Of a DNA stretch of 64,000 nt, positions 11,375-20,957 are shown in pieces. The DNA comes from Nitrospirota bacterium (GTDB taxonomy: Bacteria > Nitrospirota > UBA9217). A program made the translations under genes and the position numbers. The number at the start of each line of letters is the position of its first letter. The stretch's first letter is position 1. The stretch covers positions 1 through 64,000 of the forward strand of contig CAVTRN010000002.1 of the NCBI GenBank assembly GCA_963737155.1. Direction: 5' to 3'. The notes below the pieces were generated by a model, which was given only the letters and a program-made list of their open reading frames with translations, searched no databases and was not told the DNA's origin.

Positions 11375-11545
11375 AATTGTTCCCCCTTTGTGTATCTTTC
11401 TTGCCTCGAAGATCCGGTCCTCTACGGAGAGGTTTTGACTGATCGAGGTTAAGCATCATCAAAATCAGTCTATCCAAGTCGAAACCAGTCACAATGGAAG
11501 CGAACACCGATTGGCTCGTTGCCCGCCTCCACGCTGCAGCATGCG

Positions 11546-12028
11546 TCAAGCTCTTGGGCGAATGAGAAGCCGGAATATCAGGCCATGCGTAATAAGGTAT
11601 GGTGGCACCAACACAGTTGGTATAAAGAATGCGGCACCAAGCATTCCAGCGTCAAGCTGGATTGACAGCCCCTGGTAATATGCAAATAAGAGGTCGACCG
11701 TGCCCCATATATTGAACAGCCACACAAGCACGATGGCCAAGGAAGCACGCCTGGAAAGTGCAATGCTAGTCCCGACAGCGAGCATGGTTGCAACCAGATC
11801 TCCGTATGCAACTGGAACGGCGAAGACCGTAGGTAGCGCGGCCGAGACGACGCCAGGCACGAGAAAGCTGAGTCCAATGAATCGAAACGCGTGGGGCACC
11901 ACCAAGGCGATGAGTGCGTCGTCATGTCCCAATATCCGAAGCCGCGGCCATATATAAAGCTTCGTGACCAACCCAAAGGCAACAAAACTCATGATGATGC
12001 TGAGTCCAAATAATGCTCGAATATCCAT
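11546..12028 (-). CDS. membrane protein of unknown function
   Basis: 160-aa hydrophobic ORF with HAFRFIGLSFL, AYGDL and NIWGTVDL motifs shared with 8536..9225. Confidence 0.8.
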   Translation of the reverse strand: MDIRALFGLSIIMSFVAFGLVTKLYIWPRLRILGHDDALIALVVPHAFRFIGLSFLVPGVVSAALPTVFAVPVAYGDLVATMLAVGTSIALSRRASLAIVLVWLFNIWGTVDLLFAYYQGLSIQLDAGMLGAAFFIPTVLVPPYLITHGLIFRLLIRPRA

Positions 12029-12146
12029 TTTCCCCTCCTCACACGTGCTAATAAATCGTGGCTTACGTGTTAACTCTTCCTATGTCAGAGAACCCGACAT
12101 TACACCAGATGTAAATCCAGCTCCTGTCCGTCCTTCCATTCCACCC

Positions 12147-12275
12147 TCACGCCGCCAAGAGATCCTTCTCGTCCGCAGTGAGCGTAAGTCCGTAAGAGAG
12201 GGCATGCAAGAGTATATGCAAACGATAGTCATCTTCGCTCTCGATTTCGTGTCCGCAAATGCATAAGGTCTTCAT
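12147..12275 (-). CDS. 42-aa putative zinc-finger miniprotein (absent from the ORF track)
   Basis: AAGGAGGTGA SD, then MKTLCICGHEIESEDDYRLHILLHALSYGLTLTADEKDLLAA* (CxC...HxxxH). Confidence 0.65.
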   Translation of the reverse strand: MKTLCICGHEIESEDDYRLHILLHALSYGLTLTADEKDLLAA

Positions 12276-12345
12276 CTCACTCACCTCCTTGTAAAGATTA
12301 CAGATTCGTGTTTTTGCTTTGCCTTTTCATTATTAAACACATTAT

Positions 12346-12357
12346 GTGTATATACAC
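12346..12357. promoter_or_regulatory. candidate MarR operator palindrome GTGTATATACAC
   Basis: Perfect palindrome upstream of the miniprotein operon; a near-identical copy lies upstream of marR. Confidence 0.65.
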
Positions 12358-12375
12358 CTATTTAGTTAAAAAAAT

Positions 12376-12858
12376 TTACTTTCCGACTACTTGTTTCACT
12401 ACTTCTTTGAGATTTGCCTCCAGAGCTGTCCAGCGTTCCTGACCCATTCCCCTGACAACACGGGCTTGAGCCTTTTCCCATAACGGAAGTGCCCTTGCTA
12501 AAACCTCTTTACCCCGCGTCGTCAAAGTAACAATTCGCGTGCGCTGGTCGTCTCCAGGCGTGACATTCATCAAACCCTTTTTTTCGAGAGGTCTTAGATT
12601 ACGGGCCAATGTCGTTCGATCCATTACTACAATCTCTGCAAGGTGTGTCACGGTTACTGGTTCAAGTCTCGTGGTTGCTATCAGGAGCGAAAACTGGGTA
12701 CACCGTAGACCCGATGGCCGGAGTACTTCGTCGTACAACTGAGTAATTGCACGAGCGGTCTTTCGCAGGTTAAAGCACACACAGTCCATGTATTTTGCCA
12801 CCGTTAGCTTATTTACCCGTTGTTCTATCGCTCTATTGTCTTCAAGTATCTTGGTCAT
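12376..12858 (-). CDS. MarR-family transcriptional regulator
   Basis: CVCFNLRKTARAITQLYD...MDRTTLARNLRPLEKKGL...DQRTRIVTLTTRG. Start set at MTKILED after AGAGAGG. Confidence 0.9.
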   Translation of the reverse strand: MTKILEDNRAIEQRVNKLTVAKYMDCVCFNLRKTARAITQLYDEVLRPSGLRCTQFSLLIATTRLEPVTVTHLAEIVVMDRTTLARNLRPLEKKGLMNVTPGDDQRTRIVTLTTRGKEVLARALPLWEKAQARVVRGMGQERWTALEANLKEVVKQVVGK

Positions 12859-12876
12859 ATCATTTTTCCTCTCTAT

Positions 12877-12894
12877 TAGGAGTATATACACCTA
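12877..12894. promoter_or_regulatory. candidate MarR autoregulatory operator TAGGAGTATATACACCTA
   Basis: Near-perfect palindrome with the same core as 12346..12357. Confidence 0.65.
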
Positions 12895-13176
12895 TTATGG
12901 AAAAAGTCAAGTGCTTTTTTTAATGACGCTTGGGCTGTGCTGATTGGGCTGTCAGGGCATTGTCTATTGGGTATACCGCCGATGGGTGTCAGTATGGCTA
13001 TCGTTGACGGGGTCGAAGAGGTAATAAGTAAGTAGAACGCCAACATCTACATGTTGTAAATTACATCGTTTCAAGGAATGATAACTCGTTTGCTTCAGGA
13101 AGTAGCTATTGACGGAATAATATATCACAAAATGCAATGATACAATTTAAAATTGTGATTGGCACTTTTTAAACAC

Positions 13177-13293
13177 TGTCCGAGGTCAGTCGGAACTGCT
13201 GTCCGAACTAATTTGGAAATTATGTCCGAAACTGATCGTAACTGGTGTCCGAATCAAAATGGAATTGATGTCCGATGCTGGTCGGAATCTGCA
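13177..13293 (+). mobile_element. IS21-family-like terminus (five TGTCCGA units, 23-bp period)
   Basis: TGTCCGA at 13177, 13200, 13223, 13246 and 13269, ending CGGAATCTGCA next to a truncated integrase. Confidence 0.6.
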
Positions 13294-13782
13294 TCAAGGG
13301 AGATACAGGTGCGCGAAACCTGGGGAAGAAGAAAGTGGGTGTCTCCTAAGACAGAAACATCCAACCGGGACATCGACATGTCACCGATAGTGGAGGAAGC
13401 ATTGAAGAGATAAAAAACAAGAACCGGCTATAACGAAATCGTTTTCCCCACGAGGAGTGGGATACCCTTGGACCATGCAGATATCACCAGAAGGGTATGG
13501 TATCCGACGCTCAAAAAGGCCGGATTAGCTCCAAGGGCTCCTTATCAGTCCAGGCATACGGCTGCCAGTATATGGCTTGCCTCCGGTGAAAACCCTGAGT
13601 GGGTGGCCCGCCAGCTCGGGCATACGAACACCGAAATGCTCTTTAAAACATATTCAAAATACGTTCCGAACCTGACAAGAAAGGATGGATCGGCCTTTGA
13701 AAAGTTCATTGAAGAAAAGCTGAACGCTCAAATCTTGGGGATAAACTCCTCAGTAAAGAATGACAAGCACGATAAGAAATAG
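13294..13782 (+). pseudogene. phage-type tyrosine integrase, C-terminal remnant
   Basis: PKTETSNRDIDM, in-frame TAA at 13411-13413, then PYQSRHTAAS...VARQLGHTNTEMLFKTY. Confidence 0.85.
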
Positions 13783-13817
13783 CGATATATTAAGAAACCA
13801 ATCCCATCTAACGTAAC

Positions 13818-13850
13818 CACGGGGCTACTGTGTTAGCAGTAACCCCGTGG
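13818..13850. terminator. GC-rich hairpin between convergent genes
   Basis: CCACGGGGCTACTG-tgttag-CAGTAACCCCGTGG. Confidence 0.55.
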
Positions 13851-13994
13851 ACGAATCCTTAGCGTGGCGAGATTCCATGATGCCATAAGCTGCACAGTCT
13901 CGCAGCAGATCCCGCGATGCTCGATTTGAAGCCTTGACTTCAAACAAGGGCAGAAGACCATGTCATGCTATTTTAACAAAGCTTCTGGGGGTTG

Positions 13995-14606
13995 CTATGT
14001 GGCACCTGAAGACTCCGTAACACGGTAAGTTATTATCTGAATTGTCTTATGAACTTCCGATAAGAATTCCCTTGAGCTTTCAATTTCAGCCATCAGCAAG
14101 ATGCATTTATCTTGTATCGGGGAGGTGATCATTGGTTTCAGATCGAGTTCTCGCGATATGATAGAAAAATACAACTCGTATAAGACTTCTTGAAGAAGCT
14201 GAAGTGAAGTCGTACCGCCGTTTACCGACATTGCATCAACGATCGAACTTCGCACCGGATTGCAATCATCTCGATAACATGTAGTCAGCAGATCACATAA
14301 AAATAATTCAATTTCGGGGGGCGATGATAAGCGTGAACTAAAGAGCTTAATATACGCACGCTCATCCAGAAGCTTTCTCGATTGCGCCTCGTAAAAAAGG
14401 GTTTCCGACTCTTGCTGGATGATGATGTCGCACAAAGCATCGGACAATACATAATTATGTGCATGCGCTGTAACAATGATGAATGGCAAGAAGCGCTCAA
14501 GGGGCAAGTCATGGATGCCGCAAATATTGTACACGAGGTCAAACAGGTAATACACAGTAGGGTGGTGCAGCTTGAATGTTTTTACGGCGGATTTAACTTT
14601 TTTCAT
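13995..14606 (-). CDS. hypothetical protein
   Basis: 203-aa ORF with AAGGAG SD; no recognisable motif. Confidence 0.65.
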   Translation of the reverse strand: MKKVKSAVKTFKLHHPTVYYLFDLVYNICGIHDLPLERFLPFIIVTAHAHNYVLSDALCDIIIQQESETLFYEAQSRKLLDERAYIKLFSSRLSSPPEIELFLCDLLTTCYRDDCNPVRSSIVDAMSVNGGTTSLQLLQEVLYELYFSIISRELDLKPMITSPIQDKCILLMAEIESSREFLSEVHKTIQIITYRVTESSGAT

Positions 14607-14938
14607 ATGGTGTTTCTCCTTTTTTTATTTGAATTAACAGTCTTGTAAGACTTGATTCTCGTAAAACAATTGAAGCTTTTGGCAGCAATGCGACCTCTCT
14701 GTGGCCGCCTAAAAAAAAGATGTGTGCTAGCGCATCATGACAATAATGGTCTTCCCCGGTTCCGCGTAAGATACTTCTGCCGGCGATTTAAAGAATAAAT
14801 CAATTTGACCTCCTTCTTATTTCTTTGTCTGTCTGTAACCGCAGCCAGGCGAAATAAATAATGCCCCACGCAGAACAGTCAGCTGTGTTGACAATCGCGA
14901 ATGATAAATTCCGCTAATCACTCGGTGGCGATTGGCTA

Positions 14939-17338
14939 TCATTTCGTCAAAATCGGCACTTTACGTCCGATTCGCTTGTGCTGTTGATCAAGCAAGAATT
15001 GTGTCGTAACAGTCTTCTTCGTACTGCCTTGCAGCTCCGGCGGCAGGGTAAGATAACTTACTTGCAACAGGTACTCAGCCTGCCTGGATGACATCGTAAC
15101 TGCTTTAGCTTCATAGTGGCTCGACATCAAATAAAAGATCCAATCGACTACCTCGATATAAGATGCAATGGCAATATTTGCGCTGCCGTGGCCCAAAAGG
15201 TGTGCCAGGATCTGGAGCGCATAGGTAAACGATTCCTGTCCTTCTTTATGTTCACCCTGCCCCAGAAACAGCATTCTGAAACTGGCGATAGCTTCCTGAG
15301 AAAAAAGGTCATATTTACGAAAGGGGGTATCGAGAGGAACCATATGCTCATATACTGCGTAAAACCATTTCATGAGAGTCCAGCAGGCAAACGCATCGCG
15401 CAGCAAGTGAAAATGAAAATCGGCCATGCCCTGCTGCTTGAAGGCTTCTCGGACCGCATCAGTGAGCGACTTGTCGTCCAGTTTATGGTAGGCGCTGTTG
15501 ACAAAGAGATAATCGCTCTGGCAATCCAGAGACCACCGGTAGGCAAGATAATCGTTAAACTCCGTTAAAAACGAAGCGGGCAGGAGAAGCGAAAGAGGCA
15601 AATAGCGCTCAGCATTGATTGTTTTGCCGTCGCGGACGTACAGCATGATCCCGTTATCTTCGAGGACGTCCGTGCGTTTGAGGTCGATGCCCTCGTTAAC
15701 GCGGAGTCCAGTATAAAAACACAATTTAGTTATTGTCCTGCGTGTATAGGCCAAGTGTTGATCGGGATTGCCGGTAAATCGCGAAAGCGGCATCAAGGCA
15801 TCGAGCGCCCGGTCAAGCACGTCGCAGGTAATTATCGGTTTAAGGGTGGGTTTTTTGTCAAAATCCAATTTGTATATCCGGGCAAGTAAAAACAAATTGG
15901 GCGCAATGAAAGAATCATCCCGCTCAATCGACACATACTGGAGGAATGCATTCGTCGAACTTAATATATTTGGAGTAGAATGTCGGAGCGTCAAACGAAT
16001 CAGAATCCAAACGCAATCATAATCTGTCAGGTCATAGACGATCTTGCCCAAATTGGAGAGTTCGGACAGGACACCTGCAAGGGGGGAAACACAAGCACTC
16101 AACGCAGACATTTTTTTAAAAACATGCAGCAAGGAAATTATCCAGCGTCCGTAAAAATCCAGATTGATGAAATCGTTCGGCGCAAGGATTGATTTATATT
16201 CGACAATTGTTTCCAGGATACCTTTTTCCGCCTGACCCACCATCTTCTTCCAATCATCGTATTTTTCGAGATCGCCCCTGAGCGCGGTTATCTTCGATAT
16301 GGCCTTGTAAAGCGGAATATTTTGGAATTCTATGAACCCGATATTTTTCTTTTTTATGACGTAATCCTTCCTCCCCGGTAAGTAACCAGGGACGAGGCAG
16401 GTGAGGCCATCATTTTTAGACGCGAAATTTGGGACTATGTCGGAAAGTGACGCGGTGACGAAGGACGGATAGGGACCTGTACCCACAGATGCATCGCCCA
16501 TACTCAGTACAGATGACGCCACCACGGCATTACGAAGGTCGTCGGGGCTTATGCCGTCGACTTTGGATTTATAATGCTGTTCAAGCACAGGCTTTGACCA
16601 GCGCTGGTAGACGGCAGGAAAGGATTTAACAGTGAAGCTCTTGAACAGAAACGCCGGGGACTCCAGGGTAAGCTTCCCGGCCCCCCTTGCGCCCAGTTCC
16701 CCCATGCTAAAAAGCAGGAACTGGTTCAAAAAAAGATTTGCGGGATACGGCAGGAAGTACCGCCGGAGAGCATCGGAGTTTTCAACGCCCCTGATCAGGT
16801 AATAAGGGTTGAAATAAATCTGGCCAAGCTGCAGCGAAAGAAGGAACTCATCACAACCGGGGAAAGTAATATTGCCCCAGATAACGGCGGCGGTAAAAAA
16901 ATAACAGGCATAATGGACTTCAAGATCGTGGGGGTCTTTTGACGGCGGTGGCGGCAGTTTAAGCAGGTAATGCGCCAGGATGTCTATGTATTCGAGGTGG
17001 CTGATCGGGAACTTGCCCGCATGAACGATTAATAGGCGCTCAGTCTGCTGGGGCGTCCAAATGTATTTGCTTAAGAAGCCGCAAGACAGCGACAAACGCC
17101 AGTTCAGCTGGTTGTAGCAATTCCAGCAGAGAATTGTAAGCGGGTCGTGAGGATACCCCATGATTAAATCCTCGCGTATGCGTTCGAGCACAGAGTCGGC
17201 AATAACAGGTTTGCCGCTCGAGAAATCCACGTTTTCCCCGATGTAACGTGATACTTTCCTGATGATGGCCAGGCTATATTTTGGGTCCCTCGAATTGAGA
17301 TCGTTTCCCGCCGTTTTGATGAAATCATTGATATTCAT
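14939..17338 (-). CDS. large tyrosine recombinase/integrase (799 aa)
   Basis: YTGLRVNE (R), DGKT (K), HLLRDAFA (HxxR), LLGHG, ASY; GGAGG SD. Confidence 0.85.
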   Translation of the reverse strand: MNINDFIKTAGNDLNSRDPKYSLAIIRKVSRYIGENVDFSSGKPVIADSVLERIREDLIMGYPHDPLTILCWNCYNQLNWRLSLSCGFLSKYIWTPQQTERLLIVHAGKFPISHLEYIDILAHYLLKLPPPPSKDPHDLEVHYACYFFTAAVIWGNITFPGCDEFLLSLQLGQIYFNPYYLIRGVENSDALRRYFLPYPANLFLNQFLLFSMGELGARGAGKLTLESPAFLFKSFTVKSFPAVYQRWSKPVLEQHYKSKVDGISPDDLRNAVVASSVLSMGDASVGTGPYPSFVTASLSDIVPNFASKNDGLTCLVPGYLPGRKDYVIKKKNIGFIEFQNIPLYKAISKITALRGDLEKYDDWKKMVGQAEKGILETIVEYKSILAPNDFINLDFYGRWIISLLHVFKKMSALSACVSPLAGVLSELSNLGKIVYDLTDYDCVWILIRLTLRHSTPNILSSTNAFLQYVSIERDDSFIAPNLFLLARIYKLDFDKKPTLKPIITCDVLDRALDALMPLSRFTGNPDQHLAYTRRTITKLCFYTGLRVNEGIDLKRTDVLEDNGIMLYVRDGKTINAERYLPLSLLLPASFLTEFNDYLAYRWSLDCQSDYLFVNSAYHKLDDKSLTDAVREAFKQQGMADFHFHLLRDAFACWTLMKWFYAVYEHMVPLDTPFRKYDLFSQEAIASFRMLFLGQGEHKEGQESFTYALQILAHLLGHGSANIAIASYIEVVDWIFYLMSSHYEAKAVTMSSRQAEYLLQVSYLTLPPELQGSTKKTVTTQFLLDQQHKRIGRKVPILTK

Positions 17339-17350
17339 TTTTGTATCCTC

Positions 17351-19900
17351 CTATTTCCAAAGATGAGGTATTTTAAAGCCGAGGTCATCAATCATGCGGA
17401 TAATGACCGGCAGACAATGCTTTGCGGCCCCGGCCAGGGTCGAAGAGGAGTAGAGGTTCAGGATTTCGCGGCCGGCGTGGTTATGGCCAATAAAAACGTC
17501 AATGCTGTCATTGGTAAGACATTTACTGATATCCGCCTCAATACTTTTACCGATGAATCCATCACTGGTGCAGGCGTGATAGAGCGTGTTCCTCAGGAAA
17601 TGCCGCGGCATGTTGGCACGCAAAACGTAATCGATCCCGATGCTTTTCAGGAGTTTCCGGGACTTGTCAATCCGGAAATCTTCCATGGAACCGTCTGCGC
17701 CGAAAAAAAAGAAAATGGCATCATTATCCATATGTTTGAGGTTCGGGTCGATTTCGGTTTTTATGTACTGTCTAGTCGAATCAGCCGCGCGGCGCAGCGT
17801 GGCAAGAAGACTGCACATGACAGGAGGAAGGGGGAGCAGGCGCTCCTCATGGTACTGTGCGCTCTCTTTGTCTCGAATAACGATCAGGGTTTTGCTCTCG
17901 CTGTAATCCGACCAGTGAAGCTGAGGTTTGTTGTGCGGCCGCAGGCCGACACAAAACTGCAAGCACAGGTATACATAAATCGTGAACAAGTTGAACCTTA
18001 GAAGCTCGTTGCGCGTCGACAATATGGAATGGTTAAGAACGGTTATCATGTTGTTTATATATGATGTCGACGGGATGATGGATGAACCGTAGCCTTCGGT
18101 GTTTGACTCATCTATTTGGAGCACAGACTGGTCGGACAGCATAAGGACTGATTCGGGGTGGGCAGTCAGCGATATCATGTTATTCCCGACGCATTTATGA
18201 AGATTGGCCAGAATAGCGTTGTCGACTAAGTTATAACGATTTACATAGTGGCGTTCGAAAGCAAACCGCAAAATAAAGATATAATGTGCCTGCGACCTGA
18301 AAAGGTGCTGTCTCTTATCGCTCCGGATTAGTGCGGCAATTATCGGGTCCATTCCGAACCGGCTGACATAGAGGGCGTCAAAAGAACGAGCGATTCTGAA
18401 GACTGTGATCCGGAAATCGTACCCGCTATATTGTGGCGATTTATTGATACTTGCGTTAAGAAAATCAGCAATCGTCTGGAGATCGACTTTTTTCCGGCCA
18501 TGCTTATCCATGAAGCTGAAGACCGGCCCCTTTGCAGTGAGCGAAATCCTGCCAATCAGCTTGCCTATTTTATCCGACAGCGGGATTAGGACCGTATCGC
18601 GGCTTTGAGGGCAGTGGTCGAATGCTTGAGGGTTAACGCCGCGGATCAATAAAGGTGTGTCGATATAATATCTGCCGTCCCTGAATAGCAGGGCTGGAGT
18701 AGTTTCGGTTGGCGTGTCCAGGCCCGTGGCGAGGTTGATCAGGACCTTCGGCGCGATGCCTGTATGGATCAGAATATACAGGAACAATACAATTACATCG
18801 TAAAGCGGCACGTTTAAAAGCTCCGTAGCCATAAGGACTGCATACAGGACGGAGTAGTGGTGCAGACTGAGATATTTCGGGTCGATGTAAAAAACAAAAT
18901 TACGCATATGGGCTAGAGGAGACATTGCACTTGCCAAATGAGGTCGTTTTTTTCTGATCGGACTGTCTCCGGGTGCATCGACCTGCTGTTCCGGAATAGG
19001 GTGATCGTCGCTATCTGCTCCGGCGTCCTGCTCCACCGAAATTACATTCACTACGCCGGGATAATTTGGCGGATATATGGTTTCCTCCTCCTCGGGATCG
19101 GTTGGATATTGCGAACCGGATGACCGCCGTCTGAGCGGAAAATCCAGCAAAAGGGACTTGATTTTATAGCGGTAGTCTTTTGCCGTCCTGGACAGACCCG
19201 ATTCACTGCCAGTCGTTGCCGTGCTGAAATTCTGCATAGCATCATCCATATAAGGGATAAAATCATCGCTGGTAACCTCGGGATGGAGGTATGCGGGCAT
19301 CCTTTTGTACCGCTCTGACAAATATTCAAAAAAATGCCGCCCCGCTAAAAGACGTCCTGAATACATACTGTCGGTTGGATTCCTCCGTTCATGGACGCGG
19401 ATAGCAGCGTGGAAGATAGGGCCGAATGCCGTATAAAGCGGGCAGTTGGACTCGATTTTATCCAGGACGCTAAACGTATATGCACAATAGTGGAAGTACA
19501 GCAGGGGTGAATCGTAGAGAAGAGGTCTGCCATCATAGATATCGAAGTCGGGCGATAGCTCAAGGGCCTCGATAAATTCCGGATACACATCCAAGAACTC
19601 GTCCTTCACTGGAGGTTGTGTTTCGGTGAGCTCCAGGAAATATTGAGCCAGGATCCGAAGCGGTATTCTCAGGCGATATATTCCTCGCAAGGATGTTGGC
19701 GCATTGACGAGGTCAGCCAAAAATTGCTGGAAACTTGCGATGTCTTCTATGCTAAGCGAAGTGGATTTGGCTTTTTGGTCGAGCAGGATGGACACTTTTT
19801 TTGCCAAATCCAAAATCTTCGGATTCAGCGGGGTGGTACGCCTGAGCGTATCCGAAACAGAGTACAATTCCGCTACTAGAAGGGAAGCCGGGGTGTCCAT
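17351..19900 (-). CDS. large tyrosine-recombinase-like protein (849 aa)
   Basis: C-terminal VGLRPH, IRDKES, RLLPLP, PRHFLR, FIGHN motifs. Confidence 0.7.
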   Translation of the reverse strand: MDTPASLLVAELYSVSDTLRRTTPLNPKILDLAKKVSILLDQKAKSTSLSIEDIASFQQFLADLVNAPTSLRGIYRLRIPLRILAQYFLELTETQPPVKDEFLDVYPEFIEALELSPDFDIYDGRPLLYDSPLLYFHYCAYTFSVLDKIESNCPLYTAFGPIFHAAIRVHERRNPTDSMYSGRLLAGRHFFEYLSERYKRMPAYLHPEVTSDDFIPYMDDAMQNFSTATTGSESGLSRTAKDYRYKIKSLLLDFPLRRRSSGSQYPTDPEEEETIYPPNYPGVVNVISVEQDAGADSDDHPIPEQQVDAPGDSPIRKKRPHLASAMSPLAHMRNFVFYIDPKYLSLHHYSVLYAVLMATELLNVPLYDVIVLFLYILIHTGIAPKVLINLATGLDTPTETTPALLFRDGRYYIDTPLLIRGVNPQAFDHCPQSRDTVLIPLSDKIGKLIGRISLTAKGPVFSFMDKHGRKKVDLQTIADFLNASINKSPQYSGYDFRITVFRIARSFDALYVSRFGMDPIIAALIRSDKRQHLFRSQAHYIFILRFAFERHYVNRYNLVDNAILANLHKCVGNNMISLTAHPESVLMLSDQSVLQIDESNTEGYGSSIIPSTSYINNMITVLNHSILSTRNELLRFNLFTIYVYLCLQFCVGLRPHNKPQLHWSDYSESKTLIVIRDKESAQYHEERLLPLPPVMCSLLATLRRAADSTRQYIKTEIDPNLKHMDNDAIFFFFGADGSMEDFRIDKSRKLLKSIGIDYVLRANMPRHFLRNTLYHACTSDGFIGKSIEADISKCLTNDSIDVFIGHNHAGREILNLYSSSTLAGAAKHCLPVIIRMIDDLGFKIPHLWK

Positions 19901-20808
19901 AGCTTAAGATCCTCCTTGTAATCGCAATTTTTTGTGAATGAAAAGCCATTGTATTGGCAGTAGACTACTTTTTCGATTTTGTCCTCACTGTGATGAATCG
20001 TACGGATAAATATTCTCCCTCCACAGCCATCCTTGGGACACCGTTGACCGACCACTTCCTCGATGAAAAAACTGATCGGGGAGCCCTTCAGGTAGCGTTC
20101 TTTGAATTCATATTCTGTGAAAATGATGTAAAAGTCGCAGCGCTTTTGCACATTTCGGATTTCCTCCGGTGTGGCGTGCTTGGGGATCCTTTTACTGGTG
20201 CCGTGGTAGCTGCACGCACACTTATACGTTTTAATTGGCGCCTCAGGGTCAATGGGGACGTTATTTCTCGGCGCGAGAATCATCCCTTTTGTGCAGCCCG
20301 CACAATTCTGATGGGCCTGTTTTTTCAACGTGCGCGAGTCCGTAGAGGGACTATGGTTGCTCCATAATTGAATGAGTGTATTGATGTGTTTGGCATTCGC
20401 CGCGTCGGCCTTTTGCAGGGACTCGATTAGTGCTTCAATCCGCTTGTCGAGGTCTTTGTCCGTGATGCTTTCCTTATCTTCTATGATTCCCGCAGCTATA
20501 AGGTGGTCAGTCAAGCTCTCTCTATCGAATTCGAGGAACCGGCCAGGCAGCGTATTGTCTTGATCAATCGTGTCATATATGGGGCGATTGGTTATTACAA
20601 TATAATTGTTAGTCCCCTTACGATGATGCACCACGGGAGCATGTGTGTAGAGGACATACAGCTTCTTTTCGAGCGGCAGACTCTGCAGCCCCGTCAGGTT
20701 GACTTTGCCTTTAAGAAGCTTTCTGTGTAGTGAGAACACGATGCTGTTGTCCCGCGGATTTAAGAAAACCTCACGGAATGGGCCGATTATGTGATTTTTA
20801 TTTGCCAT
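19876..20808 (-). CDS. accessory protein of the recombinase module with Cys-rich Zn-ribbon-like motifs
   Basis: CAGC, CACS, CPKDGCGG, VYCQY...NCDY; overlaps the start of the 849-aa gene. Confidence 0.7.
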   Translation of the reverse strand: MANKNHIIGPFREVFLNPRDNSIVFSLHRKLLKGKVNLTGLQSLPLEKKLYVLYTHAPVVHHRKGTNNYIVITNRPIYDTIDQDNTLPGRFLEFDRESLTDHLIAAGIIEDKESITDKDLDKRIEALIESLQKADAANAKHINTLIQLWSNHSPSTDSRTLKKQAHQNCAGCTKGMILAPRNNVPIDPEAPIKTYKCACSYHGTSKRIPKHATPEEIRNVQKRCDFYIIFTEYEFKERYLKGSPISFFIEEVVGQRCPKDGCGGRIFIRTIHHSEDKIEKVVYCQYNGFSFTKNCDYKEDLKLWTPRLPF

Positions 20809-20957
20809 CCAGTCATCCTTTTGCGATGTTGTTAAGTCTTAACTTATCCGATTTTTTGCAGGCTGGGAATATGCCAAATATACAAGAAAGATTTATTTTG
20901 TTGTCGTTTAGTGATAAATCAGCTTGACGTCTTGGTCTGGAAATAGGATTATGGGCC

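Noticed and set aside
13177-13293. CRISPR array
   Set aside because: The conserved word is only 7 bp with a 23-bp period, too short for repeat plus spacer; no cas genes; it fits an IS terminus.
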